Assembly: GCA_947501605.1 (NCBI GenBank)
Contig: CANMWZ010000021.1
Span: 8,603-72,602, forward strand
Length of the DNA stretch: 64,000 nt
Direction: 5' to 3'
DNA from: Planctomycetota bacterium
GTDB lineage: Bacteria; Planctomycetota; UBA1135; UBA2386
The notes under the pieces are model-generated. The model was not told where the DNA came from and made no database searches. It worked only from the letters and a program-made list of their open reading frames with translations. Position 1 is the first letter of the stretch, and the number at the start of each line of letters is the position of its first letter. The position numbers and the translations under genes were made by a program. Shown piece after piece: positions 48,543 to 58,926 of this stretch.

Positions 48543-50051
48543 TTCTCTCTGCTTGCGAACGCAGCCGCAATCGCTCCGCGTTCCCCAGCGCTCGTCACCG
48601 ATGACCAGGTCGTCACCTACGAGGAAGCGCTGCAACTGGTCGAGCGACTCGCCGCCCAGCTCCACGCGTGCGGTATCGGCGACGGCGATCGGCTCGCGGG
48701 TCTGTGCGCAAACACGCCAGCGCATTTCGTCGCCTACTTCGCCGCGGCGCGACTCGGCGCGATCTTCGTCCCGCTCAACTGGCGACTCAGCGACGCCGAG
48801 ATGGCAGCTGTCGTGCAGCATGCAGAATGCAAGGCGCTGCTGTTCGAAGCCGAGTTCGCGCCGCTGGCACGATCGCTCACGGCGCGGCAGGCAACGACGG
48901 CGCTGCCGATCGAAGCGTTGTTGGGTGAGGCGCCAGAGCTCGCAGCCGCACCGATGCCGCGCGCCGATGCCGACGCCATCGCGCACCTCTACTACACGAG
49001 CGGCACGACCGGTCGGCCCAAGGGCGTCATGCTGACGCACAGCAACGTCGGCACCCACGCGCATTCGGCAGTGCTCGAGCTCGCGCTGAACGCCCGCGAT
49101 CGGTGGGCGCACATCGCGCCGATGTTCCATCTCGCCGATGCGTGGGCGACGTTCGCGATCACCGAGGTTGCCGGCGCGCACGTCTTCTTGCCGCGCTTCG
49201 CCACGGCTGCTGCGCTCGATCTTCTGACGCGCCATCGCATCACGATCACCAACTTGGTGCCGACGATGCTCAATCTGATGGTGAAGGAGCCAGGCGCTGG
49301 CAGCCGCACGTTCTCGCTGCGCGCGATGCTCAGCGGCGGTGCGCCGATCGCACCCGAGGTCGTTGCGCAGGTCATTGCGACCTTTCGCTGCACCTACGTA
49401 CAGACCTACGGCATGACCGAGACGAGCCCGTATCTGACGCTGAGCCTGCTCGACGACACGCTGCGCCAGTTGCCGCCGGCGCAGCAGCTCGCACTACAGT
49501 GCCGCACCGGGCGTCCGTTCCGCGGCGTCGATCTCCGCGTCGTGCACGAGAACGGCACCGCGATCCGCGCCGACGACCGCGAGGTCGGCGAGATCCGCGT
49601 GAAGGGTGCCACGGTGACCAAGGGCTATTGGCGCGATCCCGAAGCGACCGCCGCGGCCTTCGACCAGCATGGCTACCTGTGCACCGGCGACCTCGCGACC
49701 CTCGATCGCCATGGCTTCGTCAACATCGTCGATCGCAAGAAGGACGTGATCAAGACGGGTGCCGAGACCGTGTTCTCGACGGAAGTCGAGAACGTGCTCT
49801 ACCAACACGGGGCGATCCTCGAATGCGCGGTGTACGGCGTGCCCGACTCCCTCTGGGGCGAAGTCGTCGCGGCGGCGATCGTGCTGCGGCCGGGGCATCA
49901 GACGGACGCGGCTGCGATCACCGCGCACTGCAAGGAACGCATCGCCCACTACAAGGCCCCGCGCGCCGTGCGCTTCGTCGACGCACTGCCGAAGACCGGC
50001 TCGGGCAAGATCCAGAAGCGGAAGCTGCGCGACGATCATCCACGCGGCTGA
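48534..50051 (+). CDS. Long-chain acyl-CoA synthetase / AMP-binding ligase
   Basis: GTG start at 48534; YTSGTTGRPKG, YGMTET, TGDLA, DRKKD, LPKTGSGK. Confidence 0.93.
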   Translation: MNLFSLLANAAAIAPRSPALVTDDQVVTYEEALQLVERLAAQLHACGIGDGDRLAGLCANTPAHFVAYFAAARLGAIFVPLNWRLSDAEMAAVVQHAECKALLFEAEFAPLARSLTARQATTALPIEALLGEAPELAAAPMPRADADAIAHLYYTSGTTGRPKGVMLTHSNVGTHAHSAVLELALNARDRWAHIAPMFHLADAWATFAITEVAGAHVFLPRFATAAALDLLTRHRITITNLVPTMLNLMVKEPGAGSRTFSLRAMLSGGAPIAPEVVAQVIATFRCTYVQTYGMTETSPYLTLSLLDDTLRQLPPAQQLALQCRTGRPFRGVDLRVVHENGTAIRADDREVGEIRVKGATVTKGYWRDPEATAAAFDQHGYLCTGDLATLDRHGFVNIVDRKKDVIKTGAETVFSTEVENVLYQHGAILECAVYGVPDSLWGEVVAAAIVLRPGHQTDAAAITAHCKERIAHYKAPRAVRFVDALPKTGSGKIQKRKLRDDHPRG

Positions 50052-50141
50052 GCGTCGCAAGAACGAGAGCTCTTGGGCCGTTCCTGCAACCGCCAGTACG
50101 CAACTCGCTCTTGCACACCGGCACGCCCAACGCTCGACCCG

Positions 50142-51434
50142 TCAGTCGCGCGCGAGTACCACGACTCGGTTCGTGTTGGTGCCCTTGTCGTTGTTGGCGA
50201 TGCCCCAACAGTTCGCGGTCTTGGTGAACTTCTGCGCGTTGATCAGCACCAGGTCCGGCCGGAAACCCGCCGCGATCGCGACCGGGATCACGACTTCTTC
50301 GAGGCGCACCGTCCCGCGCCGAACCTCGCCAACTTCGAACGCGACATAGCCACCTTGGCGCACCACGCGGTGCAACTCCGTGAAGACCTCGCCCATGGCT
50401 GCAGCCCACACCTCGACCGTGCGCGCCATCGTCATCGCCACCGCGGCGGGGTCGATGCCACAGAACCAGCAGCGCAGCCAGTTGTCGTCTTTGTACTGAA
50501 CGACGTCGAGGAACGGCGGCGAGGTCACGACCAGTTGCACGCTCGCCGTCGCGATGGCAGACGTGGACGCGGCGCCAGCCGTCAGCAACGTCGCGCGAGC
50601 CACCGTTGCAGCGAGCACTTGCCGATCGACTTCGCGCACCGCATCGAGCAGCGCCTTCGACTTGCGCAGCACGACGCTGCGGAGGTCGCGGCGCGGCGGG
50701 ATCTGGTTCCGCCGCTCGTTGATCCGACGTTGCGCCACCAGTGAAGCCGCCTGGTTCGGCGGCAAGGTGTAGACCGAGAGGAAGCCCGGCGAGTGCCCGG
50801 TCAGCCGGTTGACCGTGATCATGCGGATCCAGTCGTCGGTCGCGTCGAGCGCACGGCTCGCTTGCCGTGCGAGCAGCCACTCGCGCAGCGAGCACAGCTC
50901 ACGCAGCGTCTCCGGGTGGTAGAACGTCAGCAACTCGTCGGGAACATCGCGCGCCGTCGAGAGGTCGAGTTCCTGCAGCCGCGCGGCGACTTCGGCTTGC
51001 GACGGCGGCGACAGGCGCGGCCGCAGCAGCATCGCCGACAGCGGGTTGACGTCGTTGCCCGCCGGAACGCGCCCGAGCAAGGCAGCTTCGAGCGGCGTCG
51101 TACCGCGCCCCATGAACGGGTCGTAGACCACATCGCCGGCAGCACTGAGCCGCTCGACGAAGAAGGCCGGGAGCTGCGGCTTGAAGCAGGCGCGGTAGCT
51201 GACTTCGTGCAGCGGATGGCCCTGTCGCTGCGCGCTGGTCCAGAACTCGTTCTGGAAGGTATCGACCACCACACGCCCTGCGGGCAGCTCGGCGACCGTC
51301 GTCGCGTAGCGCGTCTTGTGGCCGAATTGGCGGAACTCCGCGAGCTCACGCGCCAACGGCGACCGCCCCTCGGGCTCGCGACGGAGCTCCGCGAACAGCA
51401 GCGGTTGACGATTTTTCTCAGAGGTCCGGCGCAC
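50142..51434 (-). CDS. Orphan amino (N4-C/N6-A) DNA methyltransferase
   Basis: Motif I DPFMGRGTT precedes motif IV TSPPF. Confidence 0.85.
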   Translation of the reverse strand: MRRTSEKNRQPLLFAELRREPEGRSPLARELAEFRQFGHKTRYATTVAELPAGRVVVDTFQNEFWTSAQRQGHPLHEVSYRACFKPQLPAFFVERLSAAGDVVYDPFMGRGTTPLEAALLGRVPAGNDVNPLSAMLLRPRLSPPSQAEVAARLQELDLSTARDVPDELLTFYHPETLRELCSLREWLLARQASRALDATDDWIRMITVNRLTGHSPGFLSVYTLPPNQAASLVAQRRINERRNQIPPRRDLRSVVLRKSKALLDAVREVDRQVLAATVARATLLTAGAASTSAIATASVQLVVTSPPFLDVVQYKDDNWLRCWFCGIDPAAVAMTMARTVEVWAAAMGEVFTELHRVVRQGGYVAFEVGEVRRGTVRLEEVVIPVAIAAGFRPDLVLINAQKFTKTANCWGIANNDKGTNTNRVVVLARD

Positions 51435-51575
51435 GGCGCGAGCAGCCTACGGCGGGCCGCTGCGCTGCGCACGGCGCAGTTGCGGGGGTCCCGAACTTGG
51501 CTCAAGCCGCCATGCCATGGGCGTCGAAGCCTTGACAGTCTGTTCCCGTCCGCCCTAACAAGTCCCCCTCCGCAC

Positions 51576-54242
51576 ATGGCTAAGAGCAAGAAGCAGGGCA
51601 AGTCGCTCGTGATCGTCGAATCTCCGGCCAAGGCCCGGACGATCGGCAAGTTCCTCGGCGACGAGTACCAGATCGAGGCCAGCATCGGCCACGTCCGGGA
51701 CCTACCGTCGAGTGCCGCCGAGATCCCGGCGAGCTTGAAGAAGGAGAAGTGGGCCCGTCTTGGCATCGACGTCGAGAGCGACTTCAAGCCGCTCTACGTC
51801 GTCCCGCGCGACAAGAAGGACCACCTCAAGAAGCTGAAGGCCGCGGTCGCCGACGCCAGCATTCTGTACCTCGCGACCGACGAAGACCGCGAAGGCGAGT
51901 CCATCTCATGGCACCTGCTCGAAGAACTCGAGCCCAAGTGCGAGATCAAGCGGTTGGTGTTCCACGAGATCACCAAGTCCGCGATCCTCGAAGCACTCGA
52001 ACACCCGCGCGACATCGACATGGCGCTGGTCGAAGCGCAGGAGACCCGCCGTCTGGTCGATCGCCTCTACGGCTACACGGTGTCACCACTGCTGTGGAAG
52101 AAGGTGAAGCCGCAGCTCTCCGCCGGCCGCGTGCAGAGTGTCGCCATCCGCCTGATCGTCGAACGCGAGCGCGAGCGCATCCGTTTCCACGCCGCCGACT
52201 ACTGGAGCCTGTCGGCGACGTTCGCAGCCGCCGCTGGCGACCGCACCGCGTTTGTCGCCAACCTCGTCGGCCTCGACGATGCGCGCGTCGCCACCGGCCG
52301 CGACTTTGATCCGGACACGGGCACGCTCAACACTAAGGGCAGTACCGCAAAGAGCCTCGTGCTCGTCGACGAGAAGAAGGCGCTGGCACTCGCCAACGCA
52401 CTGGCCGGCAAGACCGCAACGGTCAGTGACCGCGAGCAGAAGCCCTACACCGAGCGCCCGTACCCACCGTTCACGACCAGCACGCTGCAACAAGAGTCGG
52501 CGCGCAAGTTGAAGTTCTCGGCGCAGCGGACGATGCGCGCGGCGCAGCGCCTCTACGAGAACGGTTACATCACCTACATGCGTACCGACTCGACGACGCT
52601 CAGCGCCCAGGCCGTCGAAGCCGCCCGCACGCTGATCCGCCGCGAGTTCGGCGCCGAACACGTGCCCGACGCCGCCCGCACCTACCAGACCAAGGTCCGC
52701 AACGCACAGGAAGCGCACGAAGCGATTCGCCCCGCCGGCAGCGATTTCCGCATGCCCGACGCTCTTGGCCCCGACTGCGGCGAGGACGAGCGCAAGATCT
52801 ACGACTTGGTCTGGCGGCGCACCGTCGCCTGCCAGATGAAGGACGCCAAGGGCCAGCGCACCACGCTCGCGCTCGCCATGGACGCGGGCCCGCTCGGCAA
52901 GGCCCGCTTCACCGCGACCGGCAAGACCATCGACTTCCCGGGCTATCGCCTGGCGTACGTCGAAGACTTCGACGACGCCGACGCCGAACTCTCCGAGTCG
53001 GAACGCGTGCTGCCAAACATCGACAAGGGCCAGGCCGCGACGGCCAACGAGCTGAAGCCCGAAGGCCACACGACGCAGCCGCCCGGTCGCCTGACCGAAG
53101 CCGGCCTGATCAAGGAGCTCGAAGCCCGCGGCATCGGTCGCCCGAGCACCTATGCCTCGATCATCGAGACCATCGTTGCGCGTGACTACTGTTGGAAGCG
53201 GGCCACGTCGCTGATCCCTACCTTCACCGCGTTCGCCGTCGTCGACCTGTTGAGCAAGCACCTCGGCTGGCTCGTGGACTACCAGTTCACGGCCAAGATG
53301 GAAGATGACCTCGACGAGATCAGCAACGGCCGGCAGCGTCGCAACGACTACCTGAAGCACTTCTTCCTCGGCAACGGCCAACCTGGCCTGCGCGAACGCG
53401 TCGCCGGCGTCGAGTCCGAGATCGACCCGCGCAAGATCTGCAGCCTGCCGCTCGGCAACGGCGACGACGGCGTGTTGGTCGAGATCCGCGTTGGCCGCTA
53501 TGGCCCGTTCTTGTCGTGGGGCGAGAAGCGCGTCAGCGTGCCGGACGAGACCCCGCCGGACGAAGTGACGCTGCAGAAGGCGATCGAACTTTTGATCAAG
53601 GGCGGCGACGGCCCGAAGTCCCTCGGACTGGACCCCGTCGGCGGGCTCGAGGTCTTCGTCAAGGTCGGCCGCTTTGGTCCGTACTTTCAGCTCGGCGACC
53701 CAGACAAGCTGGAGGACAAGCCAAAGATGGCCTCGCTGCTGAAGGGCATGGAGCCCGAGACGGTCACGCTGGCGGAAGCGCTGGCGGTGCTGTCCTTGCC
53801 GCGCGAAGTCGGCCGCCGCGTCAACACCGAGACCGGCGAGAACGAGCCGATCCTGGCGCAGAACGGTCGCTTTGGCCCCTATCTCAAATGCGGCAAGGAC
53901 ACGCGTTCGATCCCAGCGGCATTCACGCCGCTGACGGTCGACCTCGAAACCGCGCTCAAACTCCTCGCCGAGCCCAAGGCCCGAGGTCGCCAGCAGGGCG
54001 CCAGCAAGGCGCCGCTCAAGGAACTCGGCGCGCACCCCAAGTCGGGCGCAACGATCAAACTGATGGAGGGCCGCTACGGCCCCTACGTCACCGACGGCAC
54101 GACCAACGCCTCGTTGACCAAGGACGAGAACGTGGCGGACCTGACGCTGGCGCGCGCCGTCGAACTGATCGCCTCGCGCGAGGGCGCACCCAAGAAGCCC
54201 AAGAAGGGCCGCAAGCGCGCCACTTCGAAGGCCGGCAAGTAG
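51576..54242 (+). CDS. topA: DNA topoisomerase I
   Basis: LVIVESPAKA, ATDEDREGE, SAGRVQS, ITYMRTDS, GIGRPSTY, C-terminal GRYGPY repeats. Confidence 0.97.
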   Translation: MAKSKKQGKSLVIVESPAKARTIGKFLGDEYQIEASIGHVRDLPSSAAEIPASLKKEKWARLGIDVESDFKPLYVVPRDKKDHLKKLKAAVADASILYLATDEDREGESISWHLLEELEPKCEIKRLVFHEITKSAILEALEHPRDIDMALVEAQETRRLVDRLYGYTVSPLLWKKVKPQLSAGRVQSVAIRLIVERERERIRFHAADYWSLSATFAAAAGDRTAFVANLVGLDDARVATGRDFDPDTGTLNTKGSTAKSLVLVDEKKALALANALAGKTATVSDREQKPYTERPYPPFTTSTLQQESARKLKFSAQRTMRAAQRLYENGYITYMRTDSTTLSAQAVEAARTLIRREFGAEHVPDAARTYQTKVRNAQEAHEAIRPAGSDFRMPDALGPDCGEDERKIYDLVWRRTVACQMKDAKGQRTTLALAMDAGPLGKARFTATGKTIDFPGYRLAYVEDFDDADAELSESERVLPNIDKGQAATANELKPEGHTTQPPGRLTEAGLIKELEARGIGRPSTYASIIETIVARDYCWKRATSLIPTFTAFAVVDLLSKHLGWLVDYQFTAKMEDDLDEISNGRQRRNDYLKHFFLGNGQPGLRERVAGVESEIDPRKICSLPLGNGDDGVLVEIRVGRYGPFLSWGEKRVSVPDETPPDEVTLQKAIELLIKGGDGPKSLGLDPVGGLEVFVKVGRFGPYFQLGDPDKLEDKPKMASLLKGMEPETVTLAEALAVLSLPREVGRRVNTETGENEPILAQNGRFGPYLKCGKDTRSIPAAFTPLTVDLETALKLLAEPKARGRQQGASKAPLKELGAHPKSGATIKLMEGRYGPYVTDGTTNASLTKDENVADLTLARAVELIASREGAPKKPKKGRKRATSKAGK

Positions 54243-54264
54243 CGTTCGCCCGCAGGCGTCGCGC

Positions 54265-56859
54265 TCAGCGCACGCGCAGGTGCATCGCGAGATCCTCGGT
54301 CGCCTGCAATCGTTGCTCCGTCGCCAGCTGGTGATCGATGAGGATCGCCGCGACCGTCGCCGGCAAGCGCAGCGGCGGGCTGTTGCCGTCGCGGTCGATC
54401 GCAACCGCGACGCCGCCGCGCAGCGCCTTCACGATCGAGCCGTCGGCCAGCTCGAAGGACACCGTTCGCGGCGTCGCTTGCGCGCCGGCCACCAGTTGCA
54501 GCCAGCGCGCCGAGTCGGCCTCGACACGAAGCTCGCCCGTGCTGTCGTCGACCGCAACCTCCTCCACCGGCACCATCGTGCGCAAGCCGCCACCGCGAAC
54601 CACGAGCCACGCTCGCGACCGCGGCAACGCCGGCAGCACGAAGGTCCCGTCGGCGCCCGAGGTCACCACCTTGGTGCCGTCGAACTGGTTGCCACCGCCC
54701 TTCGTCACGTGCGTGCAGTACTGCACTTCGACTTCGGCGCCTGCGAGTGGCTCGCCGTTGCCGAACACACGCCCGCGCACTGCCAACCGCACATCCGTCG
54801 GCAGCCGCAACACGACGCCCGTGCTGCCGGCGGCGACCGACGAGCCATGTACCACCGCGCCGGTGCTGGGATCGATCGCAGCGAGCCGGTAGCCGCGCGG
54901 CGACAGCCCGCCGATCTCGAAGGCACCATCGGCACCGCAGGCAACACCGCCGGAGAAGCCCCCAAGCCCGGCTTCGACACCTTGGAACGTGATGTCGAGC
55001 AACGTTGGATCGAGGAGCCCGACGCGAGCGCCCTCCAGAGGTCGGCCGTCGGGGCCAAGGACGAAGCCGCGGATCGTCTGCAGCTTGTCGCGCAGCATCA
55101 GCACGAGATCGCGCCCCGCCGCCGCATCGCGCAACAACTCGCCGCCGAGCGCATCGATTTGGGCCAGCGCATAGCCCTTCGCCACCGCCGTCAACGCATA
55201 CTGAGCCTGCGGGTCGGTGACGGCGAACGAGAAGCGCCCACTGCCATCGCACTTCATCGACTCGCGCCCGAACCAGACGCGGGCACCGTCGATCGGTCGG
55301 CCGGCGCCGTCGCACACCACACCATCGACGGACAGGCGTTCGCTGGCGGGGCGAGGGCGCAGCGTGACTTCGATTGCCTGCGGCCCGGGCGCCGCGATTG
55401 CCACGATCGCAGTCTCGTAGCCGTCGCGCTGCACGCGCAGGACGCCAGAAGCCAGGGCAAAGCGAGCGATGAAGGTGCCGTCATCGTCGCTGTTCGTCTG
55501 CATCTGCCCGGCCACTTCCTGCAGCCCCTTCGCGGCCGGCCACATCGCGTCGATGCGAGCGCGAGCGAGGGGGCTGCCGTTGGCATCGCGAACGGTGCCC
55601 GACACGATCGCGCGCCGACCGGCGATCCACGGCGCCCGACCGCGCTGTCCGGGAGCAACCAGGACGTGGTAGAAGCCCACGATCGCGATCTCGGCGTCGC
55701 CGACCTCGATCCCGGGGGCGAACGCAAAGGTGCCGTCCTCCCCCGTGGTCGAGTCCCGGGCCGGAAGCGACTCGTCGAGCACCGTCGCGCGCCATTCGTC
55801 CGCGTGCGTGAACTGGGCAAAGAACAGAGCGGCGAACGCCGCGTCGCCGCGGACGCGCTGCTCGGTTGCAGCGTCGAGCCGCAGCCCGTCACCGCCGCCG
55901 TTGATCCAACCGCGATCGCCGCCTTGCCAGTGCACGGCAAACTCGGTCTCGGCGCGGACGCGCACGTTTGGCAGCGGCTTGCCGTCGAGGTCGACAACCG
56001 CGAACGCGACCGGGGCCAGCGCCGCCGTCACGGCCGGAGCTTCGACGCGCGCGGCATCACGGACGGGTGCATCGATTCGCGAAGGCGCCACCGAGGAGGG
56101 CGGTGGCGACGAGGCCACCGCAACAGCAGGAGCACCAGCGCCGGGTTCGGCGACCACAGCGGCGGCCTCAGGGCCCGAGCCAAGTTGGAGGGAAAGGGTG
56201 ATGGCGGCAGCGAGCGCTGCGCCGACGAGGAGGGTCTTCTTCATGATGGTCAGCAGCGCGATGCCAGAGACCATTCCCACGGCTACGGTCGCACTCACCG
56301 CCGCCGCTTCGACCGCGAGCGGTCGCTGCGCCAACAGGAGCACCGCCGGCAGCCACCGTTCGCGACCGCCGCTGCGGTCGAGCCGCTCGCGCAACTGCGC
56401 GAGCCCGCGCTGCAAGCGCGACCTCACGGTGTTGCGCGGCGTGCCCGTTCGCTCGGCGATCTCGTCGACCTCGAGGTGCTCGAAGAACCGCAGCAGGATC
56501 GTCGCCCGATACGGTTCGTCGAGTGCCTGAACGGCTTCGGTCAGTTCGCGGTGCGTCTGCAGCTTTGCCGACAGCTCCGCCGCCGACGGCACGGCTTCGG
56601 GCCGTGCCACCGCGCGTTCGCGCTGCTGCCGCCGCTGCTCCGTGCGCCGCATCCTGCTCGCCCGCCGCCGCACGATCGTCGCGAGCCAGCCTCGCGGCTG
56701 CTCGACGTTGGCGGCATCCGAGCGCAACACGTCCGCCCAGACCTCCTGGGCGATGTCACCGGCAGCAGAGCCGTCGGTCACGAGGGAGCGCGACAGACGC
56801 GTCACCCAGTCGGCGTGCGCCAGCAGCTGTTGGGTACGTTGGATCGGGTCCATGGTCAT
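54265..56859 (-). CDS. ECF sigma-70 factor fused to TM segment and carboxypeptidase-regulatory-like repeats
   Basis: Region 2 DIAQEVW/GWLATIVRR, region 4 RNTVRSRLQRG, hydrophobic segment, then beta-sandwich repeats; start 56853 or 56859. Confidence 0.85.
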   Translation of the reverse strand: MTMDPIQRTQQLLAHADWVTRLSRSLVTDGSAAGDIAQEVWADVLRSDAANVEQPRGWLATIVRRRASRMRRTEQRRQQRERAVARPEAVPSAAELSAKLQTHRELTEAVQALDEPYRATILLRFFEHLEVDEIAERTGTPRNTVRSRLQRGLAQLRERLDRSGGRERWLPAVLLLAQRPLAVEAAAVSATVAVGMVSGIALLTIMKKTLLVGAALAAAITLSLQLGSGPEAAAVVAEPGAGAPAVAVASSPPPSSVAPSRIDAPVRDAARVEAPAVTAALAPVAFAVVDLDGKPLPNVRVRAETEFAVHWQGGDRGWINGGGDGLRLDAATEQRVRGDAAFAALFFAQFTHADEWRATVLDESLPARDSTTGEDGTFAFAPGIEVGDAEIAIVGFYHVLVAPGQRGRAPWIAGRRAIVSGTVRDANGSPLARARIDAMWPAAKGLQEVAGQMQTNSDDDGTFIARFALASGVLRVQRDGYETAIVAIAAPGPQAIEVTLRPRPASERLSVDGVVCDGAGRPIDGARVWFGRESMKCDGSGRFSFAVTDPQAQYALTAVAKGYALAQIDALGGELLRDAAAGRDLVLMLRDKLQTIRGFVLGPDGRPLEGARVGLLDPTLLDITFQGVEAGLGGFSGGVACGADGAFEIGGLSPRGYRLAAIDPSTGAVVHGSSVAAGSTGVVLRLPTDVRLAVRGRVFGNGEPLAGAEVEVQYCTHVTKGGGNQFDGTKVVTSGADGTFVLPALPRSRAWLVVRGGGLRTMVPVEEVAVDDSTGELRVEADSARWLQLVAGAQATPRTVSFELADGSIVKALRGGVAVAIDRDGNSPPLRLPATVAAILIDHQLATEQRLQATEDLAMHLRVR

Positions 56860-56975
56860 CGCTGCCGACTGGTGCCCGCGACCGCCGGATCGGATGCATC
56901 GTAGCGACAGAAATCCAACCGCCACCCCGGCCGCTTGGCGAAGACCGGGCCGCAGCCCATGATCTGCGCCTCCGC

Positions 56976-57929
56976 ATGACTTCCGCCATCGACCCGGGCC
57001 TCGACCTGTTCGCCGAGATCGACCGTCTGCGCCAGCAGAAGAAGGCCGTCATTCTCGCCCACTACTACCAGGACCCGGACATCCAGGACCTGGCCGATCA
57101 CCTGGGCGACTCGCTCGAACTGGCGAAGCGCGCGCGCGACACCGACGCCGAGGTGATCCTGTTCTGCGGCGTTCACTTCATGGCCGAGACGGCCAAGATC
57201 CTGAACCCGAAGAAGACCGTGATCCTGCCGGATCTCGACGCCGGTTGCTCGCTGGCCGATGCGTGCCCCGCCGATCAGCTGCGCGCGTGGAAGGCCAAGC
57301 ACCCGGATCACTTCGTGGTGATGTACATCAACTGCGCGGCGGCGACGAAGGCCGAGAGCGACGTGATCTGCACCTCGAGCAACGCCGAGAAGATCATTCG
57401 CGCGGTGCCCGAAGGCCGCCCCATCCTGTTCGGTCCGGACAAGAACCTCGGCGCCTTCTTGATGAAGAAGACGGGTCGCAAGATGGACCTGTGGCCGGGT
57501 GCCTGCATGGTGCACGAGACCTTCAGTGCGATGAAGATCGCGGCGCTGAAGGCGAAGCACCCGACCGCGAAGTTCATCGCGCACCCAGAATGCGAAGACC
57601 ATGTGCTGGCACTCGCGGACTACGTGGGCTCGACCAGCAAGCTGCTGGAGTTCGTGCAGCAGGACGCGAGCCCGAAGTACATCGTCGGCACCGAAGCGAA
57701 CATCCTGCACACGATGCACAAGGCGGCGCCGCACAAGGAACTGATCGCGGTGCCGTACGAAGACCGCACAGCGGCATGTCAGGGGTGCAACACGTGCCCG
57801 CACATGAAGCTCAACACCGTCGAGAAGATCTATCTGGCGCTGCGCGACCTGAAGCCACGCATCGAGATGCCGGAGGAGCTGCGCGTGCGCGCGCTGAAGC
57901 CGTTGCAGCGGATGCTCGACCTCAGTTGA
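56976..57929 (+). CDS. nadA: Quinolinate synthase A
   Basis: ILAHYYQ, GDSLEL, FCGVHFMAETAK, AGCSLA, AHPEC, CPHMK. Confidence 0.96.
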   Translation: MTSAIDPGLDLFAEIDRLRQQKKAVILAHYYQDPDIQDLADHLGDSLELAKRARDTDAEVILFCGVHFMAETAKILNPKKTVILPDLDAGCSLADACPADQLRAWKAKHPDHFVVMYINCAAATKAESDVICTSSNAEKIIRAVPEGRPILFGPDKNLGAFLMKKTGRKMDLWPGACMVHETFSAMKIAALKAKHPTAKFIAHPECEDHVLALADYVGSTSKLLEFVQQDASPKYIVGTEANILHTMHKAAPHKELIAVPYEDRTAACQGCNTCPHMKLNTVEKIYLALRDLKPRIEMPEELRVRALKPLQRMLDLS

Positions 57930-57975
57930 GCAAAGCACCAAGCACCGACTTCGGCGCTGCCGCTCTAGCCCAGCA

Positions 57976-58902
57976 TCAGGATCGCGACCGGGCCCAGTGC
58001 TTGAACCAGGCCCAGTGCACGCGCAACGCCCACAGCCAGCGCCAGCGGCCGCGAGCGCGCCACATCACCCGCGCGTAGATCCGCGCGTCCTTGCGTCCTG
58101 GGGCAGGAATCGCCCGAAACTCCTGCAGCACCCAGCGGAGCCAGTCCGCCTGCCCTTCCAACTGCAGAATCAGGTCGCGGCCGAAGTGCCCGACCAAGGC
58201 CCGGCGCTCGAGTTTCTCGCGCAGCAGACGCGCCCGGTCCAGCTTCACGCCAAACCAGTGGTTGTCGCCATGAACGTGGTAGCGCACGTGCCGCTCGGCG
58301 AGAAACAGTTTGCGCCCCAGACTCATCGCCGCACCGATGACGACGACATCATCAGCCCGCATGCGCCACAGGGGTTCGAGCGAGCACGGCAGGAACTTGT
58401 TCAGCAGCCGGCGGCGCGCCGACAGGCTCGACGTCGGCGCGCCGACCCAGTCGCCGAGGACCAACGTGCGGAACACCGAGATGCCATGGTCGAACGACTC
58501 CGTCGCGTCGCTGCTGAGGCGCGTGCTCCCGTCCGCCAACAGGAACTCGAGTACGCAGTAGACGAAGTCGATCTCCTTCTTCTGGTCATAGACCTGCTCG
58601 AGGCGCTGCAGGTAGCCCGGCAGATACTCGTCATCGGCGTCGAGAAAGCACACGATCTCGCCGCTCGCAGCCGCGAGTCCGGCATGGAACGCGGACAACT
58701 GGCCGCCGTTCGCCTTGCTCACCACCACTACGCGCGGGTCGGCGCTTGCCAGCGCGCGCGCGATCGACAGCGAATCATCGGTACTGCCGTCGTCGACGAC
58801 GATGATCTCGTCCGCCAGTCGCGTCTGCGCTTGCACGCTGGCTACGGCGCGCGCCAGGTAGCGGCCGTAGTTGTAGTTGTTGATCAGGACCGAGATCGTC
58901 AT
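57976..58902 (-). CDS. Glycosyltransferase family 2
   Basis: SVLINNYNY, VDDGSTD, FLDADD. Confidence 0.92.
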   Translation of the reverse strand: MTISVLINNYNYGRYLARAVASVQAQTRLADEIIVVDDGSTDDSLSIARALASADPRVVVVSKANGGQLSAFHAGLAAASGEIVCFLDADDEYLPGYLQRLEQVYDQKKEIDFVYCVLEFLLADGSTRLSSDATESFDHGISVFRTLVLGDWVGAPTSSLSARRRLLNKFLPCSLEPLWRMRADDVVVIGAAMSLGRKLFLAERHVRYHVHGDNHWFGVKLDRARLLREKLERRALVGHFGRDLILQLEGQADWLRWVLQEFRAIPAPGRKDARIYARVMWRARGRWRWLWALRVHWAWFKHWARSRS

Positions 58903-58926
58903 GCGCAAGCCACGTCGCGCACGGGG

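Noticed and set aside
50793..51575. 261-aa N-terminal extension of TopA
   Set aside because: Overlaps the methyltransferase antisense; TopA begins at MAKSKK (51576).
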